A DNA stretch of 64,000 bases from an uncultured Alphaproteobacteria bacterium (GTDB lineage Bacteria; Pseudomonadota; Alphaproteobacteria; RF32; CAG-239). The DNA lies in assembly GCA_910577095.1 (NCBI GenBank), contig CAJTLY010000001.1, positions 40,063 to 104,062 of the forward strand, written 5' to 3'. The translations under genes were made by a program, and so were the position numbers. Positions within the stretch are counted from its first letter, which is position 1. Each line of letters opens with the position of its first letter. Shown here one piece after another: positions 17,913-27,576 of the stretch. The notes under the pieces were generated by a model. The model ran no database searches. It had not been told where the DNA came from and saw only the letters and a list, made by a program, of their open reading frames with translations.

Positions 17913-18873
17913 TCTCGGCACCAACTCCTGTCGGCTGCTGATTGCCGATCAAAACGGCAAAACATTGTATAAAAACGCCATTGCAACCCGTCTCGGCGAA
18001 GGAATGAGCGCCCGTAACCGTTTTACCGACGAAGCGGTCAAACGGGGAATTGAGTGTTTTTGCACTTTCAAGATGAGCATGGATGAATATGGGGTCGAGA
18101 AATATCGGGCAATTGCTACCGCCGCTTGCCGGATGGCCGAGAACGGTCCGGAATTTGTCAAAAAAATCAAACAACACGCGGGCATTGATTTGGAAATCAT
18201 CGACGGTTACGAAGAAGCGGTGCTCAATTTGAAAGGGGCTTTGCTCAATGTCCGGCAAGAGCCGGCGGGGCATGTGGTCGTTTATGATTTGGGCGGCGGT
18301 TCGACCGAAATTACGTTGGCTGCCCGGGGTTCGGTGCCCCGGATCTTACATACGGTGTCGATTCCGTGGGGTGCGCGCAACGCTTCCGAAAAATTTGACT
18401 TGCGCGAATATGACAAATCCAATGCCGCGCGGCTGGCGGAAGAAATCTCCGCTTACAGCCGCCGTTTTGCCGCCGAGGCCGAGTTGGAAAAATATCGCGA
18501 TGATTTGTGTTTCGTTGCCACTTCCAGCACTCCGTTGCGGCTCACTCACATTGCCCGCGGCTGGGAAAGTTACAACCGTTCGCGTGCCGACGGAGTGAAA
18601 ATGAATATTGAGGAGTTTGACGGCGCGATTGCCAAAGTTCACGGCATGACTTGCGCCGAAATGGCGGAAGACCTGAACATCGGTCCGGTTCGCTCCGAGA
18701 TATTTCATGCCGGTTGTGTTATTTTTTCGCAAATATACCGTGACCTCGGTGCCCCGCATTTGATTTCTTCATTGAAAAGTGCGGTAGACGGTATCATTAT
18801 GGAGTTGCAAAATGATAAAAAACCTTTCGACCAAAAGCGTAACCGGCAAGCGAAGCCTGACCGTTCGCGTTAA
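17884..18873 (+). CDS. Ppx/GppA-family phosphatase, paralog 2
   Basis: LAAIDLGTNSCRLLIAD and VYDLGGGSTE motifs. 329 aa. Overlaps paralog 1 by 29 nt. Confidence 0.85.
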   Translation: MKKTALAAIDLGTNSCRLLIADQNGKTLYKNAIATRLGEGMSARNRFTDEAVKRGIECFCTFKMSMDEYGVEKYRAIATAACRMAENGPEFVKKIKQHAGIDLEIIDGYEEAVLNLKGALLNVRQEPAGHVVVYDLGGGSTEITLAARGSVPRILHTVSIPWGARNASEKFDLREYDKSNAARLAEEISAYSRRFAAEAELEKYRDDLCFVATSSTPLRLTHIARGWESYNRSRADGVKMNIEEFDGAIAKVHGMTCAEMAEDLNIGPVRSEIFHAGCVIFSQIYRDLGAPHLISSLKSAVDGIIMELQNDKKPFDQKRNRQAKPDRSR

Positions 18874-19504
18874 AACGGCAAAATATCGCAAAAAATCGTC
18901 CAACCGCTGGTTGGAACGTCAGTTGAACGATCCGTACGTCAGCGAGGCCAAACGGTTGGGCTATCGTTCGCGCGCCGCTTTCAAACTGATTCAGCTGGAT
19001 GAAAAATTTCATTTTCTCGGCAAAGGCAAGACGATTGTCGATTTGGGCTGTGCGCCCGGCGGATGGACCCAGATTGCGGTGATGCGCAACAAAGGCAGCG
19101 GGCAGGTGGTCGGTTTGGATATTCTGCCGACGGAGCCGATTGCCGGCGCAACGTTGATTCAACAGGACTTCACCGCCGAAGACGCTGCCGACAAATTGAA
19201 AAAGTTGCTTGACGGCAAAGCCGATATCGTGATGAGCGACATGGCCGCCAACACCATCGGCCACCAACAGACCGATCATTTGCGTACCATTGCGTTGGTG
19301 GAACTGGCTTATGACTTTGCAAAAGACGTGTTGGCAGACGGCGGCATTTTCATTGCCAAGGTATTTAAAGGCGGTGCCGAAGCCGGTTTTTTGGCTGAGG
19401 TAAAAAAGAATTTTGCCAAAGTGGCTCATTGCAAACCCGACGCCAGCCGCAAGGCGTCGCCTGAGGAATATCTGGTGGCGATCGGCTTTCGCGCCAACGA
19501 TTAG
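18812..19504 (+). CDS. rlmE: 23S rRNA (uridine-2'-O)-methyltransferase RlmE/FtsJ
   Basis: WLERQLNDPYV, DLGCAPGGWTQ and SDMAANTIGH motifs. 230 aa. Confidence 0.92.
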   Translation: MIKNLSTKSVTGKRSLTVRVKTAKYRKKSSNRWLERQLNDPYVSEAKRLGYRSRAAFKLIQLDEKFHFLGKGKTIVDLGCAPGGWTQIAVMRNKGSGQVVGLDILPTEPIAGATLIQQDFTAEDAADKLKKLLDGKADIVMSDMAANTIGHQQTDHLRTIALVELAYDFAKDVLADGGIFIAKVFKGGAEAGFLAEVKKNFAKVAHCKPDASRKASPEEYLVAIGFRAND

Positions 19505-19515
19505 GGGAATATACT

Positions 19516-20727
19516 ATGCAGACGGCAGCGCGCTGTAAAGCGGTTTTGGAATTGATGCAACTGGTATTTGCCGATCAAAAGCCGGCCGATCACATCATCA
19601 ATGCTTATTTTCGCGAGCGTCGGTTTATCGGTTCGGCAGACCGCCGTTTTATCAGCGAGACGATATGGGACGTGATCCGTCACCGGCGGCGGCTGGAATT
19701 TGATGCCGGCAGTGCCGATCCGCGACAGATGTTGATTTTTTATCTGAAAGACGCGGATCTGACAGAAATCTTTTGCGGCGGCGCTTACGGGATGCCGATG
19801 CTTACCGAAGCGGAACAAAAACGATTGTCGGCGGCGGAAGACAAAGTTTATCCGCCGGCGGTCGAGAGCGAATGCCCCGACTGGCTGTTTGAGCGGATCA
19901 ACAATCCGGAACTCCTGAAATCCTTAAATCAACCCGCGGGCGCTGATTTGCGGGTTAATCGCGGCAGCCGCGAAGAAGTGATGCGGCAGTTGCAAACAGA
20001 AGGCTTTGAAGTGGTGCCGACGCCGTATTCGCCGCTCGGCGTGCGTTCTCTTAAAAGGATAAACCTTAACAATTGTCTGGCATATCGGGAGGGACTGGTT
20101 GAAGTTCAGGACGAGGCGTCGCAGTTGGCGGCGTTGCTTTGCGACGTTGGGCCGAATGATCGCACGATTGACTATTGTTGCGGTGCCGGCGGCAAATCGC
20201 TGGCTGTTGCCGCGTTGTTAAACGGGCAGGGCATGATCGAAGCCCATGACATTGACATGCGTCGTCTTGAACAGTTGAAACCGCGGATGCAACGACTGGG
20301 TATTCGAAATATCAAACCGGTGGCGAAAGCGGAAAACCGGCCGGTTTATAAGCGTTTTATCATTGATGCGCCATGTTCCGGTACCGGCACCTGGCGGCGT
20401 TCTCCCGATGCAAAATTCCGCCTCAATCCGTCACGGCTTGCCGAATTGAACCGCATTCAGGCGGAAATACTGGAAACGGCTTATCCTTTGACGGCATCCG
20501 GCGGCCGTATCGTCTATATTACCTGTTCGGTTTTGGCGGAAGAAAACGGTTGGATTGTCCAAAGCTTTATGGAGCGTCATCCTGATATGATGCCGGCCGG
20601 TTTGCCGCAAATTTGGCGGGACAAAACAGGATTGCCGTATCCGGGAGCGGACGAACGCTGGCTTGAACTCAATCCTCTGTCTACCGGTACTGACGGCTTT
20701 TTTGTCTGTGTGATGGAAAAACGGTAA
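19516..20727 (+). CDS. RsmB/NOP2/Sun-family rRNA cytosine-C5 methyltransferase
   Basis: DYCCGAGGKS SAM motif plus DAPCSGTGTWRR and YITCS catalytic cysteine motifs. 403 aa. Confidence 0.85.
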   Translation: MQTAARCKAVLELMQLVFADQKPADHIINAYFRERRFIGSADRRFISETIWDVIRHRRRLEFDAGSADPRQMLIFYLKDADLTEIFCGGAYGMPMLTEAEQKRLSAAEDKVYPPAVESECPDWLFERINNPELLKSLNQPAGADLRVNRGSREEVMRQLQTEGFEVVPTPYSPLGVRSLKRINLNNCLAYREGLVEVQDEASQLAALLCDVGPNDRTIDYCCGAGGKSLAVAALLNGQGMIEAHDIDMRRLEQLKPRMQRLGIRNIKPVAKAENRPVYKRFIIDAPCSGTGTWRRSPDAKFRLNPSRLAELNRIQAEILETAYPLTASGGRIVYITCSVLAEENGWIVQSFMERHPDMMPAGLPQIWRDKTGLPYPGADERWLELNPLSTGTDGFFVCVMEKR

Positions 20728-20845
20728 AAAGAGGTTCTCAAGCGGTTAAAAAATTTATTTTTGTGAAAAATTCACAATTATGTTAAAAAAAGCTTGATTA
20801 TTTTTTCAAACCGAGGTATTTCTCCACTGTCTTTATGATATTTGC

Positions 20846-20931
20846 GCGCCTGTGGCGAAATTGGTAAACGCGTAACGTTGAGGTCGTTATGAGCTCTGCT
20901 CTTGGAAGTTCAAGTCTTCTCAGGCGCACCA
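20846..20931 (+). tRNA. tRNA-Leu (GAG)
   Basis: 86 nt: acceptor GCGCCTG/CAGGCGC, anticodon loop TTGAGGT, long variable arm (GAGC-TCT-GCTC), T-loop TTCAAGT, encoded CCA. Confidence 0.9.
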
Positions 20932-20972
20932 ATCATAAAAAATAAAATTCGGGTCATAAAGAGGAGGTTGTG

Positions 20973-22409
20973 ATGAAGAAAAAAACAAAAAAACACCAGC
21001 CTTTCTCTAAAAACAAAAACTTCCGTCATAAACAGCTCAAACAGCAAAAAAACGCCGCCGATTATCTCGGTTTGGGGCCGAAATTTGTCAATTCGATTGT
21101 CATCGGGCTGAACGAAGATGACGATATCCACGTTAAGAAAATTGTCGAAGGGTTGGACGAGTATGATCTTGCCCGCCTGATTGAGGTTTTGGATCTGCAC
21201 CACCGGATGAAGCTGGTTCGGATTCTCGGCGACAAAATTGATCCGGCCGTTTTTCCCGAACTAAACGAGGTGGTTCAGGAACAGGTTCTCGAAAGTTTAA
21301 ACGAAAATCAGATTGTTAAAATCGTCAACGAACTCGATTCCGACGATGCGGTCGAGATTTTGGAGAATATGAACGACGAGGAACAGGAACAGATTATCAA
21401 TCGTCTTGATCCGGAACTGAAATATCAGGTCAAATCGTCGCTCAATTATCCCGAAGATTCTGCCGGACGTATCATGTCGCGCGACTTCGTGAGTATCCCC
21501 GACAGCTGGACGGTCAAGGAAGCCAAGCAGTATCTGCTCACCAACGAAGAACTTCCGGACGATTTCTATACCATTTTTCTGGTTGACGAAAAAACGCTCA
21601 AACCCACCGGAGAAATTGCCTTGGACAAGCTGTTGCGTGCCAAGGCCGACGAAAAACTCGACAATGTCATGGACGGCGAGATCGTCCCGGTTGACGTTTA
21701 CACCGATCAGGAAGAAGTGGCCCATATGTTTCGCGAATACGGCTGGATGTCGGCCATGGTGGTTGACAATAAAGGGCGTTTGATCGGCGTGATCAATATT
21801 GACGACGTGGTTGAAATTGTTCACGAAGAAACCAACGAAGACATGATGCTGCTGACCGGTGCCGAAAGCAACGACGTGTACCGTTCGGTTTTCAGTATTT
21901 TCAAATCGCGTTCAATCTGGCTGGTGACCAACCTGTTTGCCACCATTATTGCCGCTTCGGTGGTGGGCGAGTTTCAGGATATTATTGCCCAGTTGTCGAT
22001 TTTGGCGGTTTTGATGCCGATTGTCGCTTCGATGGGCGGTACCACCGGACAACAGACCTTGGCGGTAGTGGTTCGCTCGCTGGCCACCAAGGAACTGACC
22101 TCGCGCAATGCGCTGAGAATGATCGGCAAAGAGTTTATGGTCGGTTTGTGCAACGGTCTCCTGTTTGCGCTGATGATCGGCATTGCCGTGCGCATTTGGT
22201 TTCCCGGTCAGGAAACCATCAGTTACATTATTGCGTTGGCCATGTTGTGCAATTTAACGGTTGCCAGTCTGGCCGGCATCCTGATTCCGCTGACGATCAA
22301 CCGTTTTAAGATTGATCCGGCGATCTCGTCGGGCGTTTTTCTGATTGCCTGTACCGATTCCGGCGGTTATTTTATTTTTCTCGGTCTGGCAAAGCTGCTG
22401 TTGTTTTAA
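20973..22409 (+). CDS. mgtE: magnesium transporter MgtE
   Basis: MgtE N-domain, CBS pair and C-terminal 5-TM domain (GGTTGQQTLAVVVRSLA). Start at the ATG behind a GAGGAGG SD. Confidence 0.9.
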   Translation: MKKKTKKHQPFSKNKNFRHKQLKQQKNAADYLGLGPKFVNSIVIGLNEDDDIHVKKIVEGLDEYDLARLIEVLDLHHRMKLVRILGDKIDPAVFPELNEVVQEQVLESLNENQIVKIVNELDSDDAVEILENMNDEEQEQIINRLDPELKYQVKSSLNYPEDSAGRIMSRDFVSIPDSWTVKEAKQYLLTNEELPDDFYTIFLVDEKTLKPTGEIALDKLLRAKADEKLDNVMDGEIVPVDVYTDQEEVAHMFREYGWMSAMVVDNKGRLIGVINIDDVVEIVHEETNEDMMLLTGAESNDVYRSVFSIFKSRSIWLVTNLFATIIAASVVGEFQDIIAQLSILAVLMPIVASMGGTTGQQTLAVVVRSLATKELTSRNALRMIGKEFMVGLCNGLLFALMIGIAVRIWFPGQETISYIIALAMLCNLTVASLAGILIPLTINRFKIDPAISSGVFLIACTDSGGYFIFLGLAKLLLF

Positions 22410-22503
22410 TTATTTATGCATAGTTTGTATTTAGCGCTTTTTTCCGGCGGAAATATTGTTATAATGCACCACGGTTAATAAAGTTTTTTTACAGGAGACG
22501 GAT

Positions 22504-22986
22504 TTGTTTTTGGGAATTATCGTTGCGGTTGTTGTTCTGGCGGCGGACCAGCTTTCAAAATTCTGGATTTTAAATCATGTTCTGGACGGGCGCCCGTTTA
22601 TTGAAATAACTTCTTTTTTCAACCTTGTTCAAGCATGGAACACCGGCGTCAGTTTTTCGATGTTCAGCGGCTCGGGGGCGGCCGGCACGATTGTGCTGTG
22701 CCTGGTTGCGGCAGCGATCGTGGTTTCGCTTTTATGGTGGCTGTATAAGGAAAATATTCGCCTGATTCAAATCGGTCTCGGAATGATTATCGGCGGCGCG
22801 TTAGGCAATATTGTTGACCGGGTGCGTCTCGGCGCGGTGTTCGATTTTCTGGATTTTCACTTTGCCGGGCATCATTGGCCGGCTTTCAACCTCGCCGACA
22901 GTTTTATTTGTATCGGCGCGGTCATAATTATATTACAGAGTCTGTTTACGCAGAACCAAAAAAACGCTAAGGAGCAAAACAAATGA
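22504..22986 (+). CDS. lspA: lipoprotein signal peptidase (signal peptidase II)
   Basis: NTGVSFSMF and IIGGALGNIVDRV...FDFLDFH motifs. 160 aa, TTG start. Confidence 0.92.
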   Translation: MFLGIIVAVVVLAADQLSKFWILNHVLDGRPFIEITSFFNLVQAWNTGVSFSMFSGSGAAGTIVLCLVAAAIVVSLLWWLYKENIRLIQIGLGMIIGGALGNIVDRVRLGAVFDFLDFHFAGHHWPAFNLADSFICIGAVIIILQSLFTQNQKNAKEQNK

Positions 22987-23222
22987 AGAAAATATTCTGT
23001 CTGATGGTTGCAACCGCATTGCTGGGTGCCTGCAATGCGACGAAAGAAGATCTTGGGCTGGATCGCAAAGTTCCCGATGCCTCCAAAGTCTCTGAACAAA
23101 AACGGCTGATTTTACCTCCGAATTACGACCTTCGTCCGGTGGTACCGATGACCCAGCCCGCTCTCAGTGCGGAAACCGGCCGCGAAATTGATGAGGAAAT
23201 AAAAAATTTGGCAAATGAATAA
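22983..23222 (+). CDS. DUF3035/BamF-like lipoprotein
   Basis: 79 aa with lipobox LLGAC. The DRKVPDASKV...LPPNYDLRP pattern matches alphaproteobacterial DUF3035 lipoproteins as I recall them. Confidence 0.65.
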   Translation: MKKIFCLMVATALLGACNATKEDLGLDRKVPDASKVSEQKRLILPPNYDLRPVVPMTQPALSAETGREIDEEIKNLANE

Positions 23223-24543
23223 AATATTTTTCGTCATCTGCCTGATTCTGTTCGGATCGGCCTTTTCTGCCCATGCCCGTTTGTTTGACATCAGCGAATA
23301 TACCTTGTCCAACGGCGTTAAATTGCTTGTCGTCCCCAATCACAAGGCCCCGATCGTCAAACATATGGTATGGTATAATGTCGGAGCGGTTGACGAAAAA
23401 CCGGGCAAGGGCGGTTCGGCCCATTTGTTGGAACATCTGATGTTTCGCGGCACCGAAAATATTCCGGGTTCCGAATTTAACCGTATTTTACAGCAGAACG
23501 GTGCCGACAGCAATGCCTTTACCTCTCAGGATTTTACGGCTTATCATCAAAATCTGGATATCAGCCGTCTGGAGTTGGCGATGTATATGGAAGCCGACCG
23601 GATGCAAAACCTCAAATTTTCGCCGACCGATTTCGAAACCGAACGCGATATCGTCTATCAGGAACGCAAACAGGTGGTGGAAAACCAGCCTTTGTCGGCT
23701 TTTTCGGAAAATATGCAGCGCAGCCTGTGGCAGGATCATCCTTATGCCCACCCTGTCAGCGGTACCGAAACGGAAATTTTAAATCTTACTCCCGATGACG
23801 TCATGGATATCTATCGGCGCTGTTATGCGCCCGGTAATGCGGTGGTGGTGCTTGCCGGTGATATTGAACCGGAAACGGCTTACCGGCTGGCGGAGAAATA
23901 TTACGGCAAAGTTCCGCCGCGCGACACTGGCAATCGTATTGTTTTTCCCGCTGTAAATCCAACGCTTAAAAGCCGTTTGAGCATGGAACTCCCGCGGGTC
24001 GAATTGCCGCGGATTATCCGTCGTTATATGGCAGATTCGTACAATACCGATGCCGGACGCATTTATGCGTTGGCGGTTCTTTCGCGTTATCTCGGCGAAG
24101 GCGATACCTCGGCGTTATACAAGGAACTGGTGATTCGCCGCGAACTGGCCCTGGACGTTTCCTCGTCTTACAACTACGCTTCTCGCAGCTACGGCAGCTT
24201 TAACATTGCGGCGGTACCGCAAAACGGTGTTTCGGTTGAAGAATTGCGGCAGGCGCTGGATGAGGCCGTAGCCGACGCCGTTGATGCGATTGATGACGAA
24301 AAAATTGCCAAGATCAAAAACAAAATGCTGGCCGGGCTGATTTATCTTAAAGACAACCCGTTTGATGCCGCTTATATCGTCGGTTCGTTGTACAGTATCG
24401 GCATGAGTCGTGAAGATATTGAGAATTATGCCGATAATATTCGCAAGGTGAGTGCCGGTAACGTTCGCGAAGCTGCTCAACAACTGCTGAAAAACTATGC
24501 CGTTGTCGAAGGCGTGGCCAACCCGGAGAAAGCGCATGATTAA
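23215..24543 (+). CDS. M16-family (pitrilysin) zinc peptidase, active subunit
   Basis: Inverted zinc motif HLLEHLMFRGT (HxxEH), signal peptide, 442 aa. Confidence 0.9.
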   Translation: MNKIFFVICLILFGSAFSAHARLFDISEYTLSNGVKLLVVPNHKAPIVKHMVWYNVGAVDEKPGKGGSAHLLEHLMFRGTENIPGSEFNRILQQNGADSNAFTSQDFTAYHQNLDISRLELAMYMEADRMQNLKFSPTDFETERDIVYQERKQVVENQPLSAFSENMQRSLWQDHPYAHPVSGTETEILNLTPDDVMDIYRRCYAPGNAVVVLAGDIEPETAYRLAEKYYGKVPPRDTGNRIVFPAVNPTLKSRLSMELPRVELPRIIRRYMADSYNTDAGRIYALAVLSRYLGEGDTSALYKELVIRRELALDVSSSYNYASRSYGSFNIAAVPQNGVSVEELRQALDEAVADAVDAIDDEKIAKIKNKMLAGLIYLKDNPFDAAYIVGSLYSIGMSREDIENYADNIRKVSAGNVREAAQQLLKNYAVVEGVANPEKAHD

Positions 24544-25912
24544 AAAATATTTTTGGTTGTGGATACTTCCTGTTGCCGGGCTTGTTTTCGGCGGTATGAT
24601 GTTTTTTAAACCCGCTTTTGATCCGGCAGCGCTGGTCAAAAATTCCGAGCTGGGCGGCCGTCGTTTTTCGGTACCGGTTACTGAAGTGGTGTCGCCGCAA
24701 TACGGAATAAAGGCCTATTTGCTGGAAGACCGTTCCAATCCGATTATCAGCGTCAGTTTTGTTTTTGCACATGCCGGGCTTGGTGCCGAACCCGAAGGTC
24801 GGGCCGGCATTTCTAAGATAAGCGCGGCAATGATCGGCGAAGCCGCCGGCGGGATGAATTCGCAGCAGTTTAAGGAAAAGCTGGAAGACTATGCCGTTTC
24901 GATCGGCTACAGTGCCGATAAAGATGATTTTTCGGGACAATTGCTGACGATAAAGGAATTTGCGCCGCTCGCTTTTGAAATGCTGCGACAAACTTTGTTT
25001 GAAGCCGAACTTGATTCCGATGACCTGAAACGGATTAAAAGACAGATGCTGGCGATGTTAGAGCGGCAGAACGAAAGCCCGGAAACCAAGCTGAGCCTGA
25101 TTGCCAACCGAGAAATCTTCGGCAACCATCCTTACGGGCGTAATCCGTTGGGTCGCAAGGATGATATTCAAAAAATGACGACGCAGGATATTCGGGACTT
25201 TGTTGCCGCCAATTTAGGACGCGACAATCTGATTGTCGGTATTGCGGGCGATCTGACACCGCAGGAGGCGGGCCGTATGCTGGATCAAATTTTCGGAGCC
25301 TTGCCGGAGCAGGGTGCCGTTGACCGAGTGGCTGAAATCATGCCCGATTTCGGTCTTGAGACGGTTAATGTCAATCAAGATTTGGCACAAAGCGTTTCTT
25401 TCATTGCCGCAAAAGGAACCCGGCGTACTGCTGAGGACTTTTACCCGTTGTATATTGCCAATTATATTCTCGGCGGTTCCGGATTAAATTCGCGTCTGAA
25501 TTTGTCGGCACGGGAAAAAGAAGGTTTGACTTACGGCATTTATACCGGATTGTCGATTCCCGATAAAAGCGCCTTAATTGTCGGCGGTTTTTCTTCAACG
25601 CCGCAAAATTTTGCCCGGGTGGCGGAGATTTTTAGCCGCGAATGGCAAAAAATGGGACAGGAAGGCGTTTCGGCGCAGGAATTAAAAGAAGCCCAAGATT
25701 ATTTGATTGCTTCTTACAATCTTCGGTTTGCCGATATTACGGCCATTTCCGAAATGCTGGTTTATATGCAAAAGACCGGATTAGGCATCGATTTTTTACA
25801 AAAACGAAATGATTATGTTGCCGCGGTAACGGCAGAACAGGTTAATCAGGCCGCAGCCCGTTATTTTACGCCTGAAAATCTGCGCATGATTAACCTTGGA
25901 AAGTTTAATTAG
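24536..25912 (+). CDS. M16-family peptidase, non-catalytic partner subunit
   Basis: M16 fold similarity but no HxxEH. Start ATG 24536 overlaps the upstream stop; N-terminal TM. Confidence 0.85.
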   Translation: MIKKYFWLWILPVAGLVFGGMMFFKPAFDPAALVKNSELGGRRFSVPVTEVVSPQYGIKAYLLEDRSNPIISVSFVFAHAGLGAEPEGRAGISKISAAMIGEAAGGMNSQQFKEKLEDYAVSIGYSADKDDFSGQLLTIKEFAPLAFEMLRQTLFEAELDSDDLKRIKRQMLAMLERQNESPETKLSLIANREIFGNHPYGRNPLGRKDDIQKMTTQDIRDFVAANLGRDNLIVGIAGDLTPQEAGRMLDQIFGALPEQGAVDRVAEIMPDFGLETVNVNQDLAQSVSFIAAKGTRRTAEDFYPLYIANYILGGSGLNSRLNLSAREKEGLTYGIYTGLSIPDKSALIVGGFSSTPQNFARVAEIFSREWQKMGQEGVSAQELKEAQDYLIASYNLRFADITAISEMLVYMQKTGLGIDFLQKRNDYVAAVTAEQVNQAAARYFTPENLRMINLGKFN

Positions 25913-25927
25913 ACTAGGAGAAATAAA

Positions 25928-27568
25928 ATGGAAAAAAATCTAACAAAAACCAAGGCTTGGAAAAAACTGGCCCTCCATTATCGTTTTTTTAAAGACGTAG
26001 AAATGAAAAATCTGTTTGCTTTGGATGCCCAGCGCGGCTCAAAATACACAATTCCGCTCGGACCGCTTTATCTCGACTATTCAAAAAACAGATTTAACGA
26101 AAAAACAATGCGTTATCTGCTCGATTTAGCAAATGAGGTTAAACTTCATGACAAAATAGAAGCAATGTTTACCGGTCAAAAGATCAATGTAACCGAAAAC
26201 CGTGCCGTTTTGCATACGGCCCTTCGCAATCGCCGGAATACGCCGGTGTATGTCGACGGCAAGAATGTTATGCCGGATATCAATGCGGTGTTGGTCAAAA
26301 TGAAAAAATTTACCGAAGCGGTTCGTTACGGTGAATTCAAAGGTGCCACCGGCAAAAAGCTCACCAACATTGTCAATATCGGCATCGGCGGTTCCGATCT
26401 CGGGCCTTATATGGCCACCGCGGCTTTGAAAGAATATTGGGCCAAGGACATCAAATGCTATTTTATCTCCAACATTGACGGTTCCGCCTGCGAAGACGTC
26501 TTCAGCCAGGTTGATCCCGAAACCACTTTGTTTGTCGTGGTTTCCAAAACCTTTACCACCATCGAAACGCTGACCAATGCCAGAACCTGTCGCAAATGGC
26601 TGGTTGATGCGCTGGGCGAATATGCGGTTGCCAAACATTTCGTTGCGGTGTCGACCAACACGGCCGAAGTTGAAAAATTCGGCATTAATCCGGAAAATAT
26701 GTTTGAGTTCTGGGATTTTGTCGGCGGCCGTTATTCCATGTGGTCGGCGGTTGGTTTAACGATTGCTCTGGCGGTCGGTATGGATAATTTTGAAAAAATG
26801 CTGGACGGCGCCAACGAAATGGATCTGCATTTCCGCCATACGCCTTTTGAGCGCAATATTCCGGTTATTATGGCTTTGCTGGGTGTCTGGTACAACAACT
26901 TTTTCGGTTTTCATCAACAAGGCATTATTCCTTATGACCAGGATTTGCGCTATCTGCCCAACTATTTGCAACAGTTGGACATGGAAAGCAACGGAAAATC
27001 AACCGACAAGAACAACAAGTTTGTCAAATATGCCACCGGTCCCGTTTTGTTCGGCGGTCCGGGGACCGATGTTCAGCACTCGTTTTTCCAGCTGATCCAT
27101 CAGGGAACTTCGATTGTGCCGCTGGATCTGATTATTCCGGCAATTTCACATAACGAAATCGGCGATCATCACGAAATTTTGGTTGCGAACGCTCTTGCGC
27201 AGGGCGAAGCTCTGATGTGCGGCAAAACGGTGGCCGAAGCGGCAATGGAACTCTCCAAAGCCGGCAAAACCGCCGCTGAAATCAGCCGACTGAAACGGTA
27301 TAAATCCTTCACGGGCAATCGTCCGACCAACACCATTGTCATTAAAAAGCTTGATCCGTATACGCTTGGCATGCTGGTTGCAATGTATGAACATAAAGTG
27401 TTTGTCGAAGGAGTAATTTGGGATATCAATTCGTTTGACCAAATGGGTGTTGAACTCGGCAAACAAATGGCTTTGAGCATCTTGCCTGAGTTGCAGGGCC
27501 ATGCGTCGGGGCTGCATGACAGTTCGACCCGCGGACTGATTGCTCTGATTAATAAAATTCGCAAATAA
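25928..27568 (+). CDS. pgi: glucose-6-phosphate isomerase
   Basis: 546 aa with the GIGGSDLGP motif and other full-length PGI signatures. Confidence 0.95.
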   Translation: MEKNLTKTKAWKKLALHYRFFKDVEMKNLFALDAQRGSKYTIPLGPLYLDYSKNRFNEKTMRYLLDLANEVKLHDKIEAMFTGQKINVTENRAVLHTALRNRRNTPVYVDGKNVMPDINAVLVKMKKFTEAVRYGEFKGATGKKLTNIVNIGIGGSDLGPYMATAALKEYWAKDIKCYFISNIDGSACEDVFSQVDPETTLFVVVSKTFTTIETLTNARTCRKWLVDALGEYAVAKHFVAVSTNTAEVEKFGINPENMFEFWDFVGGRYSMWSAVGLTIALAVGMDNFEKMLDGANEMDLHFRHTPFERNIPVIMALLGVWYNNFFGFHQQGIIPYDQDLRYLPNYLQQLDMESNGKSTDKNNKFVKYATGPVLFGGPGTDVQHSFFQLIHQGTSIVPLDLIIPAISHNEIGDHHEILVANALAQGEALMCGKTVAEAAMELSKAGKTAAEISRLKRYKSFTGNRPTNTIVIKKLDPYTLGMLVAMYEHKVFVEGVIWDINSFDQMGVELGKQMALSILPELQGHASGLHDSSTRGLIALINKIRK

Positions 27569-27576
27569 AAAGGGTT

